In this document: piece by piece, positions 28,601 to 42,400 of the stretch
Numbering within the stretch: position 1 is the stretch's first letter
Layout: each line of letters opens with the position of its first letter
Source: Trichoplax sp. H2
Taxonomy: Eukaryota
DNA: 64,000 bases
Assembly: GCA_003344405.1 (NCBI GenBank)
Contig: NOWV01000141.1
Coordinates: forward strand, 1-64,000
Direction of reading: 5' to 3'
Position numbers and translations under genes: made by a program
The notes under the pieces: model-generated
The model's database searches: none
Told to the model about the DNA's origin: nothing
What the model saw: only the letters and a program-made list of their open reading frames with translations

Positions 28601-30209
28601 ATGTAGTATGAAATCAATGTGCAATGCATATATACTTGAAGTAGCTACAGATCATTCTTTGGATGGTACTTGCCTGAAATAAATTTGGTTGACTAATTAA
28701 TCAGAATCGGGCATTGTTGAATAAATGTAGGAATCACTATTAAAGTTAGATGAGATAGTATAGGAAACTCAATGATTTATATTGGATTATAGTACTAAGC
28801 CGATTTTGTAGAAATAATATGAAGACAAATGCCTGCCGTGTCAGGAGATATTTACATGGCAATGGTGTGAACAGTATAGGTATATAATGCAAGATTAGAT
28901 GATTTGATGTGATGTAGAGAGAAAATTCGGAGCCAGTGTAATGATACATTAAGACAGTAGTCTATTACCTGCTTTATTGCTTCTGTTTTATTTAGATCTA
29001 TGTGCAAGCCTTTTGATGTATGTAATAAACATTACTATTACCCGAATCTACCAGTTAGAGTTTCTTTAGGAGTAACGATAGACGGTCTAATAGTAGTGTT
29101 AGTGGCTACTATAATCAAATAGAAATTTTAACCCGATCTATCGGCTGATATGTGGAAGAAGATAGCAAACACTTCACATTATACTCATTGCAAAGTTTTA
29201 ATGAAGAATAAACAACATAGAGGGATAAGAAATAGAATAATACTTAGTAAAATTTTAGCTAATTATACCAAGAACGAACTGGCGAAGAATTGATCACACG
29301 TTACCTGTACCCATATTCACTAATATGTTAAAAAGTTTATCACATCTAGATTTTTTCCTGATTATTTAGCAGAATTACTAATTCTTATACTTTATAAGTG
29401 AAAATGGAAGGCCATCTGGCGATTTTTAATCTTGTAAGGTTACAACAATTTTGATATTTCTACCTGATACATAATTATTGTAATTACGATTCCAATTGCC
29501 AGTTAATTATTAGCATTGTTATTTTTATTTTAATTGAAAAGATTTTCCTTATACTATTTTTTTCTGTAATGGCTCTGGCGAAAATTTTCAAGCTATAGCG
29601 CGTAGAAATAGAAAAGTTGTCGTCGTATTTCTAATACGAAAATCCTACAGATACACTAAAAAGGGCTGTTTCTGACTGTCAAACTATCTACGTATTTATA
29701 ATTTTATCCTCAATCATGTAAACCAAACAAAAAATTTCAACTCTTTAATTAATAATGCTTCTAGTACTACTGTTATCACTTAGGGAAAGGTGGCCTTTTC
29801 ATTTAAGATAGGTAATTAATACCATTTAACTTCATCGATAGCAAAATAAATATTATCAAAAATACATAACGTTTTAAATCCTTGTCTATCTTTCAATGTA
29901 AAGTAACGTTGTACATTAAAAGAAGGCCTTACCATTTATTCATAGTTTAAGCTCGTACATATCTTAACTTACATCATAAACGTCTATTCCACCCATTTTT
30001 GCAATAGCTAAGCTAAGGCTTACGAAAGATCCTGCAACTAAATCAGACATTTTCCTTCCATGCACTTTCTCCGATGTTGAATTTAACTTATTCGCATGAT
30101 TCGTCTTTTTCTTCCTAAAAGGCGGAAAACATACGGTCGTTCCTTCCTCGACATCACTACTATTATCGGTACTACCAGGCATAATACTGATCCTATTTAC
30201 TTTCGCCAT
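19618..30209 (-). CDS. TRPA1-like channel, paralog B
   Basis: Same exon series and phases as paralog A. Exon 1 is MAKVNRIS...DVYD, followed by ankyrin exons (ORFs 24888, 25458, 25723, 26467, 27264) and TM exons (22205, 21603, 20992, 20635). Pore VLTMMTGEINY, then IGLAVGDINEV; the last exon ends KYSFG-TAA at 19620-19618. Confidence 0.93.
26880..27245. repeat. Intronic ~150-bp degenerate tandem repeat (about 2.5 units) in paralog B
   Basis: Recurring TTTTTATATTTTCAT.CA...ATCAAGATT and TTTAAAGCTAAA..ATCTA.CAGCTCAAGGAAGA.TACCACCT. Confidence 0.75.
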
Positions 30210-30556
30210 TATAATAAGTGAAAATTTCTATTACAGCCTAAGCATAAATCCACTAGTAACTTGATTGATGATGAACAAGGAAGCTTTCTAGACTTGAGTG
30301 ACGGATAGATCCAAGTCTGTACAATTAAGTGATACTATAACTAAAAATAGGATAAAAAATAACTGGCCTATCCTATCATTAAGTTAATAGTCATTATTAA
30401 TTCTATTGCCATCAGATATGATACATTATTTTAAAACTATTCTAAACAACATCTGACTATTTACTCCATTTACTCCATTGAATCGCAACTGATTAACAAC
30501 TATTTCCGGCTAAATTTGAAAAGAAAGAGCTAATCACTCGATGAATAAGTCCAATG

Positions 30557-30570
30557 GTTGCTATGGATAC
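30557..30570 (-). promoter_or_regulatory. RFX X-box upstream of TRPA paralog B
   Basis: Minus strand GTATCCATAGCAAC matches GTHNYYATRRNAAC exactly, 348 bp upstream of the ATG. Confidence 0.72.
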
Positions 30571-31564
30571 CATGTCATATTGTCTGACAGAAATCTTCAC
30601 TTTTTGAACATTTCTTCAAGGATGAAATTGAATTTCTTTATATCAAGAACAATTAACGCCTGCAGAGTGTATTCAGCAAAGAATAATGTAAAGTTTATGA
30701 CGAACATAACGCGCCCAAGACGTACCGAATAAACTTCAGCTGTCACGGTACGAACTACCGTGAAGAAATAGCTATCTAAATTTGGTTAATATAATATAGT
30801 GATATTATATTACAACTAGTTACTTACTATAGGAATTACTCTAATTATAAATGTGTTACAGTAAATTTAATGCTGTGCTGTAATGTGCACTGATTCTGTG
30901 AATGGAGATATTGTAGTCCGACTGTGAAAAACTAGTTATCTCACCTAAGTATTTTTATAAGATGACTTGTGAATGTTAGCTGCTGTAGAAGTGTATATAA
31001 GCCCGTCAGATAGTTGAATAAAGCAGTTCTCAATTGTCTAGTTGAGTTTAACGTAGAATCAAAGGCGTCTAAATTCTTGTGAGTATGGATACTGAATCCC
31101 GGAGACTATAGTAATTTAGAGATTTGTTTTACGTTATCCTTGTCACGAAGCTGGTTTGTGACATCAGCATATTGCATAAATTATCATGTTATCGTCATCA
31201 TGAATATGTTTATTCATTCGTCGTGGTTTATATCATCAACTTGTTCTGAATAGCAAGCAATAGCTCAAAAATTTATAAATACCATTTGCAGCTTGTCAGT
31301 GTTTGTGTATACTAGAAATAGAAAGGGAGATGGCTAATAAATAAGAAATCATTATCGACAAGAATAATGCAAAATTTACGACGCATAGAATACGCCCAAG
31401 ACTTACTAAATGAACTGTGGCATATTGCACTAATTAGCATGTAACCGCTATCATAAATACACTTTTGGATTCATCATAGTTTGTCACATAAATTTGTTCT
31501 GAATAGCAAGAAATATAATAGAAGTTTATAAAAACTATTTGCAGATTGTCTTAGTTTATATGTG

Positions 31565-31709
31565 TGTCGTGATCAGCCCACGACAAGGAAACCTGGGTCT
31601 TTTAAAATAGTTTATTAAACCAAGGTAGTCTTGACATCCAAGGCTACTCTAACTACACGCGTACACTACTCGGTCAATCGTCAACTCTACAGCTAATTAC
31701 TCCGTCACA
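31565..31709 (-). mobile_element. Short solo LTR (145 bp) with perfect 5-bp TSD
   Basis: TSD ATGTG at 31560-31564 and 31710-31714. The minus strand reads TGTGACGG...AATAAA...CACGACA. It interrupts the second copy of a local duplication (about 31235-31350 vs 31490-31750); the first copy lacks it. Confidence 0.8.
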
Positions 31710-33088
31710 ATGTGCTACAAATAGAAAGAGATATGTCTAATGAAATGAGAACGATGAGCAACGAGTTGCTGTATAGGAATTCTTGACTTTGTTCCAGTGA
31801 TTTTAGTGACCTGTAAGTAAATATGGATCCGATAAATCTTGATAAAATTGGCAAGCAATTCTCAAGCCTCATAGTATAGAGATACGTGGACTACTTACTA
31901 GTACTGACTAAAACGATTTAAAATAATTGCCCAGCATCAGATCCAAATACAATTTTGACGATTAATAAAGGAAACGAAATAATCATACCAGACTAGTAAT
32001 TTAATTTTTGTAATGATTATGACTCCATTAACTGCTAATTGATGTCATAATTATTTTTTAATTGTTCATCAATGATGTGCAAATCCATTTTTAATATCTA
32101 TTGAAAATAAAATTATGCAAATTTAAAGTATAGAAGTTCACAAATTTGCTGTAGCAATTTCTGTAACCTGCCTATGAGCATTACTCTAGTAGATCTGATA
32201 TAGTTGGTGAAAGACAATTAATTATAAGCAAGTGAAACAACAATCATTACGGTTTACTTGCACCATATTAATAACTCAGACTAGCTTGAATTGACTGTTT
32301 GAGCGAACTATATAGAATTTTTAGAAAAATTCTTTTAAGCTATAATATATATATAAACGTACAAGTAAGGAATCATTAACTTTAAAGTTTATTAACTTAG
32401 TTTCTAGCAATCATTAAGATTTACTCGTGCTTAATTAATAACTCAAACTTTCTCGAATGAAATATTTAGGCAAACTCTATTTAGTTTTCTAAAAATTCTT
32501 ATAGGTGAAGATATATATAGTTATTGGAGTAGAAAAGGAAGAATCTAGAGCACGGTTGAAATGGTTTGTTGGTGAAAAATTTCGAGCAGTAATATATTAA
32601 TGGTTTATTTTGTATAATTGGATCTCCAGCAAAAGGCTTTATTTTTATCTAACCGTTTGTACTGAGATATGGCAAAAATTAATATGCTATATTTACGTAT
32701 TGGCCAGCGGTAAAACAATTCTGAATCATAGTGTGTCATACAAAGTTATATCGATATATTTTTTCTGTAGTTCTTGGATCTTTAATCATATTTGCAAGTT
32801 AAGTAGAGATGAAAAGCCTTTAATCGAATGATTTACTTGTACGCCAACTTGCATTAATTAAAATACTATGAGCTACTCGTACCAACGACGTGAGATAATT
32901 CCATTTCCAAATACTATAAGATTAAATTATCGGTCGTTTCTTAGCCACTATTTTATTTTTGCATTATCAGCAACCTAATACTGGGCCTCGTAAATTGTAT
33001 AGGTAGGGAAGAGAAATAAATCAAGTTAAGTTAGAAATACTAGTAACTACAGTGGCTCGATAGCTGTTAAACTATACTGCAATGTAGC

Positions 33089-33211
33089 AGTCACCTAGGT
33101 AGATTTTATCTTTAGAATAAAAGTAACCTTCTAAGTAGCTTAGGCAGATTTTGTCTTTGGAAAAGTAATCTCTAGATGACTCAAGTGGATTTTGTCTTTA
33201 GAAAAGTAATC
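33089..33211. repeat. ~42-bp tandem repeat, 3 units
   Basis: GATTTT(A/G)TCTTT(A/G)GAA..AAGTAA occurs three times. Confidence 0.7.
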
Positions 33212-33404
33212 TTTTTTAAATGAATAACAGTACAAAATCTATGTCGGAAATTAAATAGAAATATTCTTGGCATATCAGTATTAATATTAATTATTAGCTC
33301 ATTGCTATGGCATCAAAGGATAGGTTAAGGTAGTTTTACGCTAAAATTTCTGCAAATTAAACTTATTTACATTAAGAATATATGACCGAATCAACATGTA
33401 AGAT

Positions 33405-36400
33405 CTATGTAATATTTTGATTCTGCAATTTAGAAATTTTTTGTAGTTGCTCCATAATTTCTTTATTTTCAAATCTGGCAACGGTACCCTGAAAGTTGAC
33501 GTCGGATTTCACATCCTCTAATAGCTCTTTCATTCTGATCATTCTGAAGATAAACCAGGCAATATATATTATCAGACTCTGTAAATTCTAAGTTCACTTT
33601 TCCCTTTTAATACTTTGTGTCGTCAAAATCTTGTTAGAAATTACTAAATTAATAATCTATAAGATAATCTAAACTCACTCAATTTCCTGCGCAGCTACAC
33701 GATTTTTCAGCTCTGTAAGTTCCGATTCTTGACAAGTGTCTCCACTATCCTCTTTAACTGGCTTAATGTAAGCGGTGAGGAAATTCCATTGCCGCTACAT
33801 GTTAAATAAAAATTGTAATGATTATTTTTAATCCATATGAAGTGATCTAGTCTCGTTATAGATATGACATATACAAATGTATAAATTAGGTAACACTTTA
33901 TTTGCAATTCAAATTTTGACTTTACAAAGTATTTTTAGCTATAGCTGTTTCCTTTATATATTATTATTTTAATCACGCAAGAAATATTAAGAATATTAAA
34001 TTACAAAGTTGACTAACCCTTTTAAATAGGCCAGTATTCTGGTCTATCCTAAATATAAGTGTGGACTTGTACATTTTTTTTTTCAGAAATAATGGAAAGG
34101 CTTCATAAGACCCGATAATAACTTGTAATTGACCATCTAATTGGTCTAAATTTGCACTTTCTCTAACTTCATGGATATCACCCACAGCTAAACCCACCTT
34201 AAAATCAAAAAATTATGCCACAATGAAAAAGAGTTTAGCTTCTTTAACTGCACTTAAAAATCGCCATTTTTATTCGGATATTGACTATTTACCGTATTTC
34301 AACACATAAATATCAGAAACTAATGCAATCTGTTATAACATAGTTCTAGACCATAATTTCTGGTTACAATAAAATCATAAAATTTCTTAAGGAAAAATAC
34401 TAACCAATAAGTTGGCGAACGCTATATTAATAACGATGATCATGGCAACAAATAGTAGTAACTCAATCTTGAAACCCTGCAATCGCCCTGTACTTTTTAA
34501 TCTTTCAAAAGCCTCGTAATAGCCTAATTCTCCAACCATCATCGTCATAACCGTGACAACCGAATAATCAAGGCTACTAAAAAATGGCTATAGAAGCAAA
34601 TATGAAAGCAATTTCTGAATATTACACTAAGATAAGAGCTCTTTCAAAGATAAATTATTAGAAGTTCCGCAGTCAATTTGAAATTCAATATCGCCTTTAT
34701 CGTATTATGCTGTCGATTTCGAAATTACCAAATCGTTTAGGATCATGGTGAATGAAAGGGCAAAGGCAACAACGAATAACATGAACACGAAGGAAGTCAT
34801 AAAGATTGTTTTTATGATATTGAGGAACATGGCAATATACAGCCCAATGCCGTATAAACTAAAATCAATGAGAAGAAAAATTCGGTCATAAGAAATTTTC
34901 TAGCAGGTTTAAGTTTCCTAAACTTGTTTCTTATATTATGCAAGGCTATTTCTAGGATTATGCTTTAAATTTTCAATCTGGCGTTCTTTCATTACCACTA
35001 TTATTAGAACTAAAATAAAATTAATCATCGACATTATTATAAAACGATTAATTTACTTGCGTAGAACAAGGATAATGTTTACAAAAAGTAAAAACACCAG
35101 AATAGCGCCAACACGTATTACAGAATAATCGATTGGCTTATTGAACGGCAAGCAGTAAACATAACCCACAGCGGCAATAAGAACTTCAAAAAGGTTCTGC
35201 TTCATTAAATCTAGAAAGACTCTTTTCTGTTATAATTTAAAAAGGGAAAAACTTAAAATAATACTATTCTGGATTGATTAACTACAAGTCAAGCAAGTAG
35301 CTATTTCTTAAATTAGTATAAATTAAAGCTGATTAAATGTCTGATGGAGTGTCATGATATTGTCAATAATAAAATTAGATTGAAGTTATTTAACCAGGAA
35401 GTAAAAATTCTAGCTGAAGTTCTTAATTTTTATAGCCTAGATATTGCTGGCTGAGTGAATTTTATGTAATATCAGTTCAAAGCACGTATGTTTGTATAGT
35501 AGCAAAGCTTGAATAGTTCCTTTAATAGGTTGCACTTTATTAATAGCAGACACTAGATATCATCTAAAATTTATCATTCATGTTGCATCAACTTACTCCA
35601 GCAAAAAGGTAATAAAGAAGTGATGTCAGCATCGCTGTAACGGTTATAAATACAGCTAAATTTCTACCAAAAGATCCAGGAAGTTGCTAAAGCCAAAAAG
35701 AAGAATAGAGTTTAAAACAGAGGGTACGAATCTTAAAATTAAAGACTAGTAAACTACCTGTATATATTGCGTTAATATTCAAGAAACAGTCTATCAAATA
35801 CCTGTTAACCAAATTAACTATGCCATTTGCCTACGAGATCAACTGTAAAGTTAACTCCAGTCAAATTTGTACATTATTCCGTGAAGTAATTCTGCTAATA
35901 TTTTAACTCTATTTTGTTAATATACATGAGTGTGATAAATAACCGCTCTACTGCACTAAATACTCTATCGGTTTATACTTGCTAACTGTAAGCAACGACT
36001 TACTGGAGTAAAGTTCGTAAAGTATACCGCTAATTTTCTCTATATTTATCAAGCTTACTAATATCAGAAATTTACTAATGCTATTAAATACAATCATAAT
36101 CTCTTACAATCATATCATATCTATTTGTAGAACCATTATAAGACGTTGCGTTAAGAAATTCTATAGCATTTAAACCAATTGGGATAGATAAGCCAAATAA
36201 ATAAATTATGTCGGTAAATATTTTCAGGAAATACAAATAATTTAATACAGATTTCCTAAAAAGATAGCAATAAAAGTTTACAGATTAATGCTATGCCATT
36301 CCGTTTCGGTCAGTTCATGGGTTATAGATCCATAGAAATCAAACGATCGATTATAATTATCTAACGTTACTTTAATGTCTAGCTTACGATGATATTTACT

Positions 36401-39400
36401 AAAAACTAGTCTTCCATGCTTTATAAAAATTCGAAGCAAACTAATTTTAACTCAACTTTAAAAGAAAGTTTTAAAGTGTTTGCGTACCATTTCCAGAATA
36501 TAAACGCCTTTATTAAAGGATGTTTCATTAATCGTGTCCTTTTATATTGGCTAATACTCTAAGTAGATTTCAAATTTTCGCAATTACATAAATACCGAGC
36601 AGATTAGGCTGCTAAAGTTTCAGAAATTAATTCTAGATAATCTTTAATCCTAGTTTACTTACATTAACTGCTATATATTTATCATGAACATCTTGCAAAT
36701 GGACATCTTCAGGTGGTGATTCGATAAATTTGAGGTCAAAATTAACCTGGTCGACATAAGTTAGATATTTTAGCTATTATTTTTATTAGAATAAAATATC
36801 GCTTTATCCGAACTGTTTATATTTAAGAGGTGCGATGAAGCACATATTGAGGTATGTCCGCATTATTTTCTTTCTTCTACCTGTCCAGAATGTGTGTATA
36901 CTGTATCGATGCGACATTTCCTTACCTGTTTCCATTCTTCTCTTCCGTATTTACTCTTCGTAAAAGTAAAAGATTTATCCATGACAGCCTAGCAAAAGTA
37001 GTTAGTACTAGATATTATTGGATTTAAGATTTATATTCACATGATGATTGTAATGCTTTATGGTTACTCTTGAAGTAGTCCTATTTCAATTTGATTATGA
37101 TTTATAATAGCTGAAATTTCGATTTTATCATGGCGATTACTTATTCGAGCATAATTGTTCCTAGCTACCTCAGCCACTTTAGGTAATCTTTCAATTAGCC
37201 TTTTCATAGGGTTATAGCCATCATAGGCTCTATTTTCCATCACTCTTTGCCAACTGTATGGATAGAAATAGGCTCAAATTAGTGAGCTACATTGATAATT
37301 CCTTTATGGTGCTTATTTAAATTGCATTTAGTGACTGTACGAAAAATGGTTATATTAAGCAGCAAAACACTTATATTTAAAGTATCCTTAGACTCGTAAT
37401 CATTGATTAATTAGTAGCACATGATCCAAAAATTTAAGTAAATGTAAATGAAAATTATATTGACGCTACAGATTTGCATATTACCCAAGTATGCTGAGTG
37501 TTACATTATTGAATCAGTACGCAACATGTTCTAAGTAAGCAGTTTTACTGTTTGACTTACAATTTAGTTTTAATAATTTTTAGGCCAATGTCCTCGCTTC
37601 GGTATTCGCAAGCTATATCTAGACAATTTTGCCCTTTGTCGTTCAGTAAAGTTGGATCAGCACCATGATCTAGTAAGATCTGAACCACTTCACTAAACCC
37701 CATCTCGCAAGCAATGAGTAGTGGGGTTTTCTATTTTATTTTGAAAGTACCGGATGTTAGTTACGTAAAATAGATAGTATAGCGGGAGTCGAGATTATTA
37801 AACTAAATTTAATAACCAATAATTACTGTAATCATTTGTAATTTATTGGTTATGTCTATATAAGTATTTATTATTACACTATTAAGAGCGAGAAAGAATA
37901 ATGATATGCTCGGAGATTTAATGGCAAGTTGGTTGGATTATCTTCACGAGGATATGAGCGTTATTTACTGCTGATTGTTAGAATAAAATAGGTTTTATAT
38001 CATAAAGATTATTAGGCCATAAAAATTGTCATAAAATTTCCTAGTAGGATTAGAAATGAAAGTAAACTATCAAGAACGGTTTGAATAAATCCGTAACTAA
38101 TATTTAACCCTATGATCAATTTAAGTTATCTTTGAATTACTAACTGTTAAAAGTTAGAAATACAGATGTTCATATCCTTTCTAATGTACTGTACTTATGT
38201 CAGTATAACAACGTACTAAATCTAATATTCTAACATTTACTGGAGTACTAACAAAGGACAGAAGTGTACTGCTGCTTTCAGCTAATTCGGCGAAGTAGAC
38301 ACCTTAAAATTCCTTAAACTTGACATTGGTCTAATCAAAATTCCTGCTAGAATTGAATTTTTAGGCTTAATATTAATGTTGAAAATAAATTCTTATCTGT
38401 TCTAAACCGTGATAATAAAGTCGCAATACAGTGCTTAGGTAGGTAATTACATAATAGGAAACTCTTTTTAGAAAGGAATGGATTTGAATTAGATTCTGGC
38501 AAATAGTGGTAGCTTGTCAATTCCAAAGACTTAATCTTCATTGTCCAAAAGATACTTAACTTACTTTTGCATCATTATAAATATCCACTTTGTCATCGAG
38601 CGATAGTAACAACTTGACAGTCGCTGAATAGCCATACTTAGCAGCGTAATGAATTGGATGAAAACCGCGGTTATCCCTTTAAAACATTTCCAATAGGAGT
38701 CAAACATGTATTAATGTTTATGATTTAAAATACTTTAAATCTACATATTCTATACAGTACGATACTCGGACAAAATTTAATGTAATCCTTTTTTGATTCC
38801 AGTAGCATCAGAGCATCCTTTAAAGTACTTACCTACAGTTAATATCTGCTCCTCGTTTAGTTAGCATTATAATGACACGATTATTTCCATTAACAGCGGC
38901 AAGATGAACTGCTCGCTGTCCTAAGATATTTCGAGCATTAACATTTGCAAACGATTCACCCTCGACAGTGAGGGCTTTAATGGTATCACGATGATTATTT
39001 TTAGCCGCCAAATGATAGATATTATTGCCATTACTATCTTCGTGAACTTTGATTTGATCGCCATACATGGTTAAAATTTGATAAAGTATCTAAGATGTAT
39101 TTCAAAATATTAAAACATAAATGAGCCTAACTAGCTATAAAATTACTATATTTATAAGACATAATACGGTCTCAAACTTGATATAGTATCGATCGATGTC
39201 TATTAATACTAACTGTAAGGGCTCCTGATTCTGCAGCAAGCAAGAGTGGAGTTAAACCTCCATTATCAGGAACATTGAGGAGCTCTATACCACCGTTCTG
39301 GCAAGAAATAGATGCAAAATCTTGTTACGAAAATATCTACACAATATCTCCTCTGATAAAATGCTAATACACTGCATGGTATTATGAATATTCGCTAATT

Positions 39401-42400
39401 ATTACAATCGTATCGTGTATGTATTCAAACGAGTAAACAGGTGATTCTACAAGCCATTTGCTAGGGTAAAAATACATTTTAGGTGAAATTACATATTCAG
39501 CAAATGAAACAAACTTAAATTACAGAAGATTTATGTTATTACTGTGATAGGTATGCTAGAAGACTACAGTTAGACTGGCAGACGCGGTTTGTTTCTCTTA
39601 AAAGCTAGCAGTTATGGGATGAAATTACTCGATATTTGCGATAAGTACGATTAATTTTTATCAAAAGGTAACACGTATACGGGTGTATTTAAATAAATCG
39701 AATCAATTGCAATAATGTTAGAATGACTAAAATTTAAAAATGGTATCCAAGAAAATTTATATCGTTATTACAATCACTTATTAGAAGTTTGAATTACGAA
39801 GATAGGAATTTTTATTTCGTTTTCAGTAGCCATTACGGTAATTGAAATGTAAAATTACAGTCATTGCTATCGAGTTATGTTGGATAAAAATCAGTTTATG
39901 TTCGAAGTAAATTAAGATTATTATCATTATCTGCCATCAAAATCTACAATTATGCCTTGCATGATTCAAAGAATTAACCATTTTCGCTTAAAAGTGTTAT
40001 ATAATAATTAATTACAAAATAAAATTAAAATATTCCAAGTTTAATATCCGAAACATGCTTAAATGGATGAGATTAATATTGTTCTTGTTGTGATTACAGC
40101 ATATCATTCAAAGACTGAATATTTAGAAGGAGATGAGAGTTCTTAAATATTCGAATTTACAGTTAGATAAAATATAACAGAATTAAAGCCACTGCAATGC
40201 AATGATATTAATCGAAGTAGATATTTCATTTTAGATCTACTTACTTGCATGATAAGTTTAAACGATTTTGAAGTGCCTTTATCGGCAACAATGTGCAGGA
40301 CGGTTCTACCTTGAATATCTTGACCTGAAATAGCTGCCTTTTGTTCCAACAGAAAGGCTATAGCATCGCTACAGTCATGACTTACTGCAACCATAAGGGG
40401 TGTTTGCAAACTACCATCCATTGCTTCTAGATATGCGTCCTTGGTAGACCAATTAATAATCGATCAGCTTGTGTAAGATACTTTTAAAATTCAAAATTGA
40501 ACAGCTTACGTTATCTAGCAGTAATTTCATTATTTTCACATTATTGCTAATAGCGGCATAATGTAATCCTGTTCTTGATGCGGAATCAGGTGTATTAACT
40601 TTAGATCCTCGTTTAATTAATTGATTTACAATATCGTAGAATCCATTTAATGCAGCCACGTGAAGGGGTGTCAAGAGATCATTCTGTTTAATAGCAAACA
40701 TGGAAAATATCTTCAGTTGCATAATTTTAAAAATATCGTTACTCAAATTAGAATGCAGTTAAAGTAAAATAGCTCATTTAAACCCAATTCGCTTCAAATA
40801 TTTATTGAGACTGTAACCATGAATTAATTAAACTAAAAGGATAGAAGCAAATATAAAAACTTACCGATTGATTTTCAATATCGGCATCATATTGCAAACA
40901 TAGCTCTGTATTCTAGTATAATATAAATCAAGTATATATTACATCACCACAGTTTAAGCAGGAAGGAAAAAGAATAGAATAAATTAACATTACGGTACAT
41001 TATGTCAAATATGTATAGTATTTTAAATCTATTATACTTTGATCCTAGAATAAAAATTTTACTACCTTAATCGAACCAGAATCTACTGCAAAGTGAATAG
41101 CAGTCAACCCCATTTCGTTAGCGATACTAACATAATCGTTATTCCCCTTCGATTTGGCTGTAATGATTAATATATTATAGTAACTTATATAATTCGACGC
41201 GAAATAGAATAAAAGTCGAATATTGCAATCTTTTCTTCAATAGATAAGCTATACGATAAGTAATTTAGTTTCTATAAACACATATGTTAAAGATATAATA
41301 GTTAATGATGCCTTTATCTATTTCTCCATGTACCAAAACACTAAATTATAGATGATCAAAGCAAATAATAAGTAATTAACATGTATATGAGTATACATAT
41401 ATGGACTAATACTGCATTTCTAAACATAAAATTCAGCCGATATTTCGTATTTTATTGCTATAGTAATGGAAATAATCGTGTCTATCGTGCCGTTACCTAA
41501 GAGTTTAATTTTGACAAGCCTATCAACATACCATAACGCAATAGAAGTTGTATGATGTCAGTTCTCTTCCGTTTAATTGCAAGATGTAGTGCGGTATGTC
41601 CTCCGATATCCTTTCTATAAATATTAGCTCCGTGATGTAGCTGATGAATGTATTTTCCATTAGTATTACAAAAATTAGAAATTTTACATTAAAGAAATAT
41701 GTTAGGGTTTGCTAGAAAAATCAAATTGGAATCACTTTAAATCCATTCTACTTACCAATAATTCTACCGATCGAACTGTGCATGATATTGCAGCCAAGTG
41801 CAATGGCACAGTTCGTTCTTTATCGTGACAGTTTATTATATGTGGAATGGTTGAGTTGGGATTAGATTCACCCATGATAACCTGAAAGATGTAAAATGAG
41901 TAGGAATAATAATGGGCAACAACCACTATATAAAATGCAAAGTAACTAAAACTGTTAGGACGGCAATTTAGTATTAGGGAGAAGACCTGACTAAGGGATA
42001 AATACGACATCTTATTTATCTTAGCTTAAAGATTAAGGGTAAAAGCTTACCTCAACTGCTTCATTACAACCATTCTTGCAGCAGATATGCAATGGAGTAC
42101 GACCTTTCCTGTCGACACTGTCAATACTAGCATCATTTTGGATAAGAGTACGTATAGCATCGCAGGAATTATGTTTAGCAGCTACATGAAGCGGTGATTC
42201 TTCACCATCACCAATTTTAATATTTGTTTCTAGATTAGATATCAAATGAAGGTATAAAATTATGATCGAAATTTCAGCATTACAGTAAATGATATTGGAT
42301 GTGATATAGGCTAATAATTTAACAAGATACTAATTAATTCTATATTTAAAATTCTTTGTTCATCGCCCTTAGTTAGTACTGCTATTTGTGATAGTTTACC

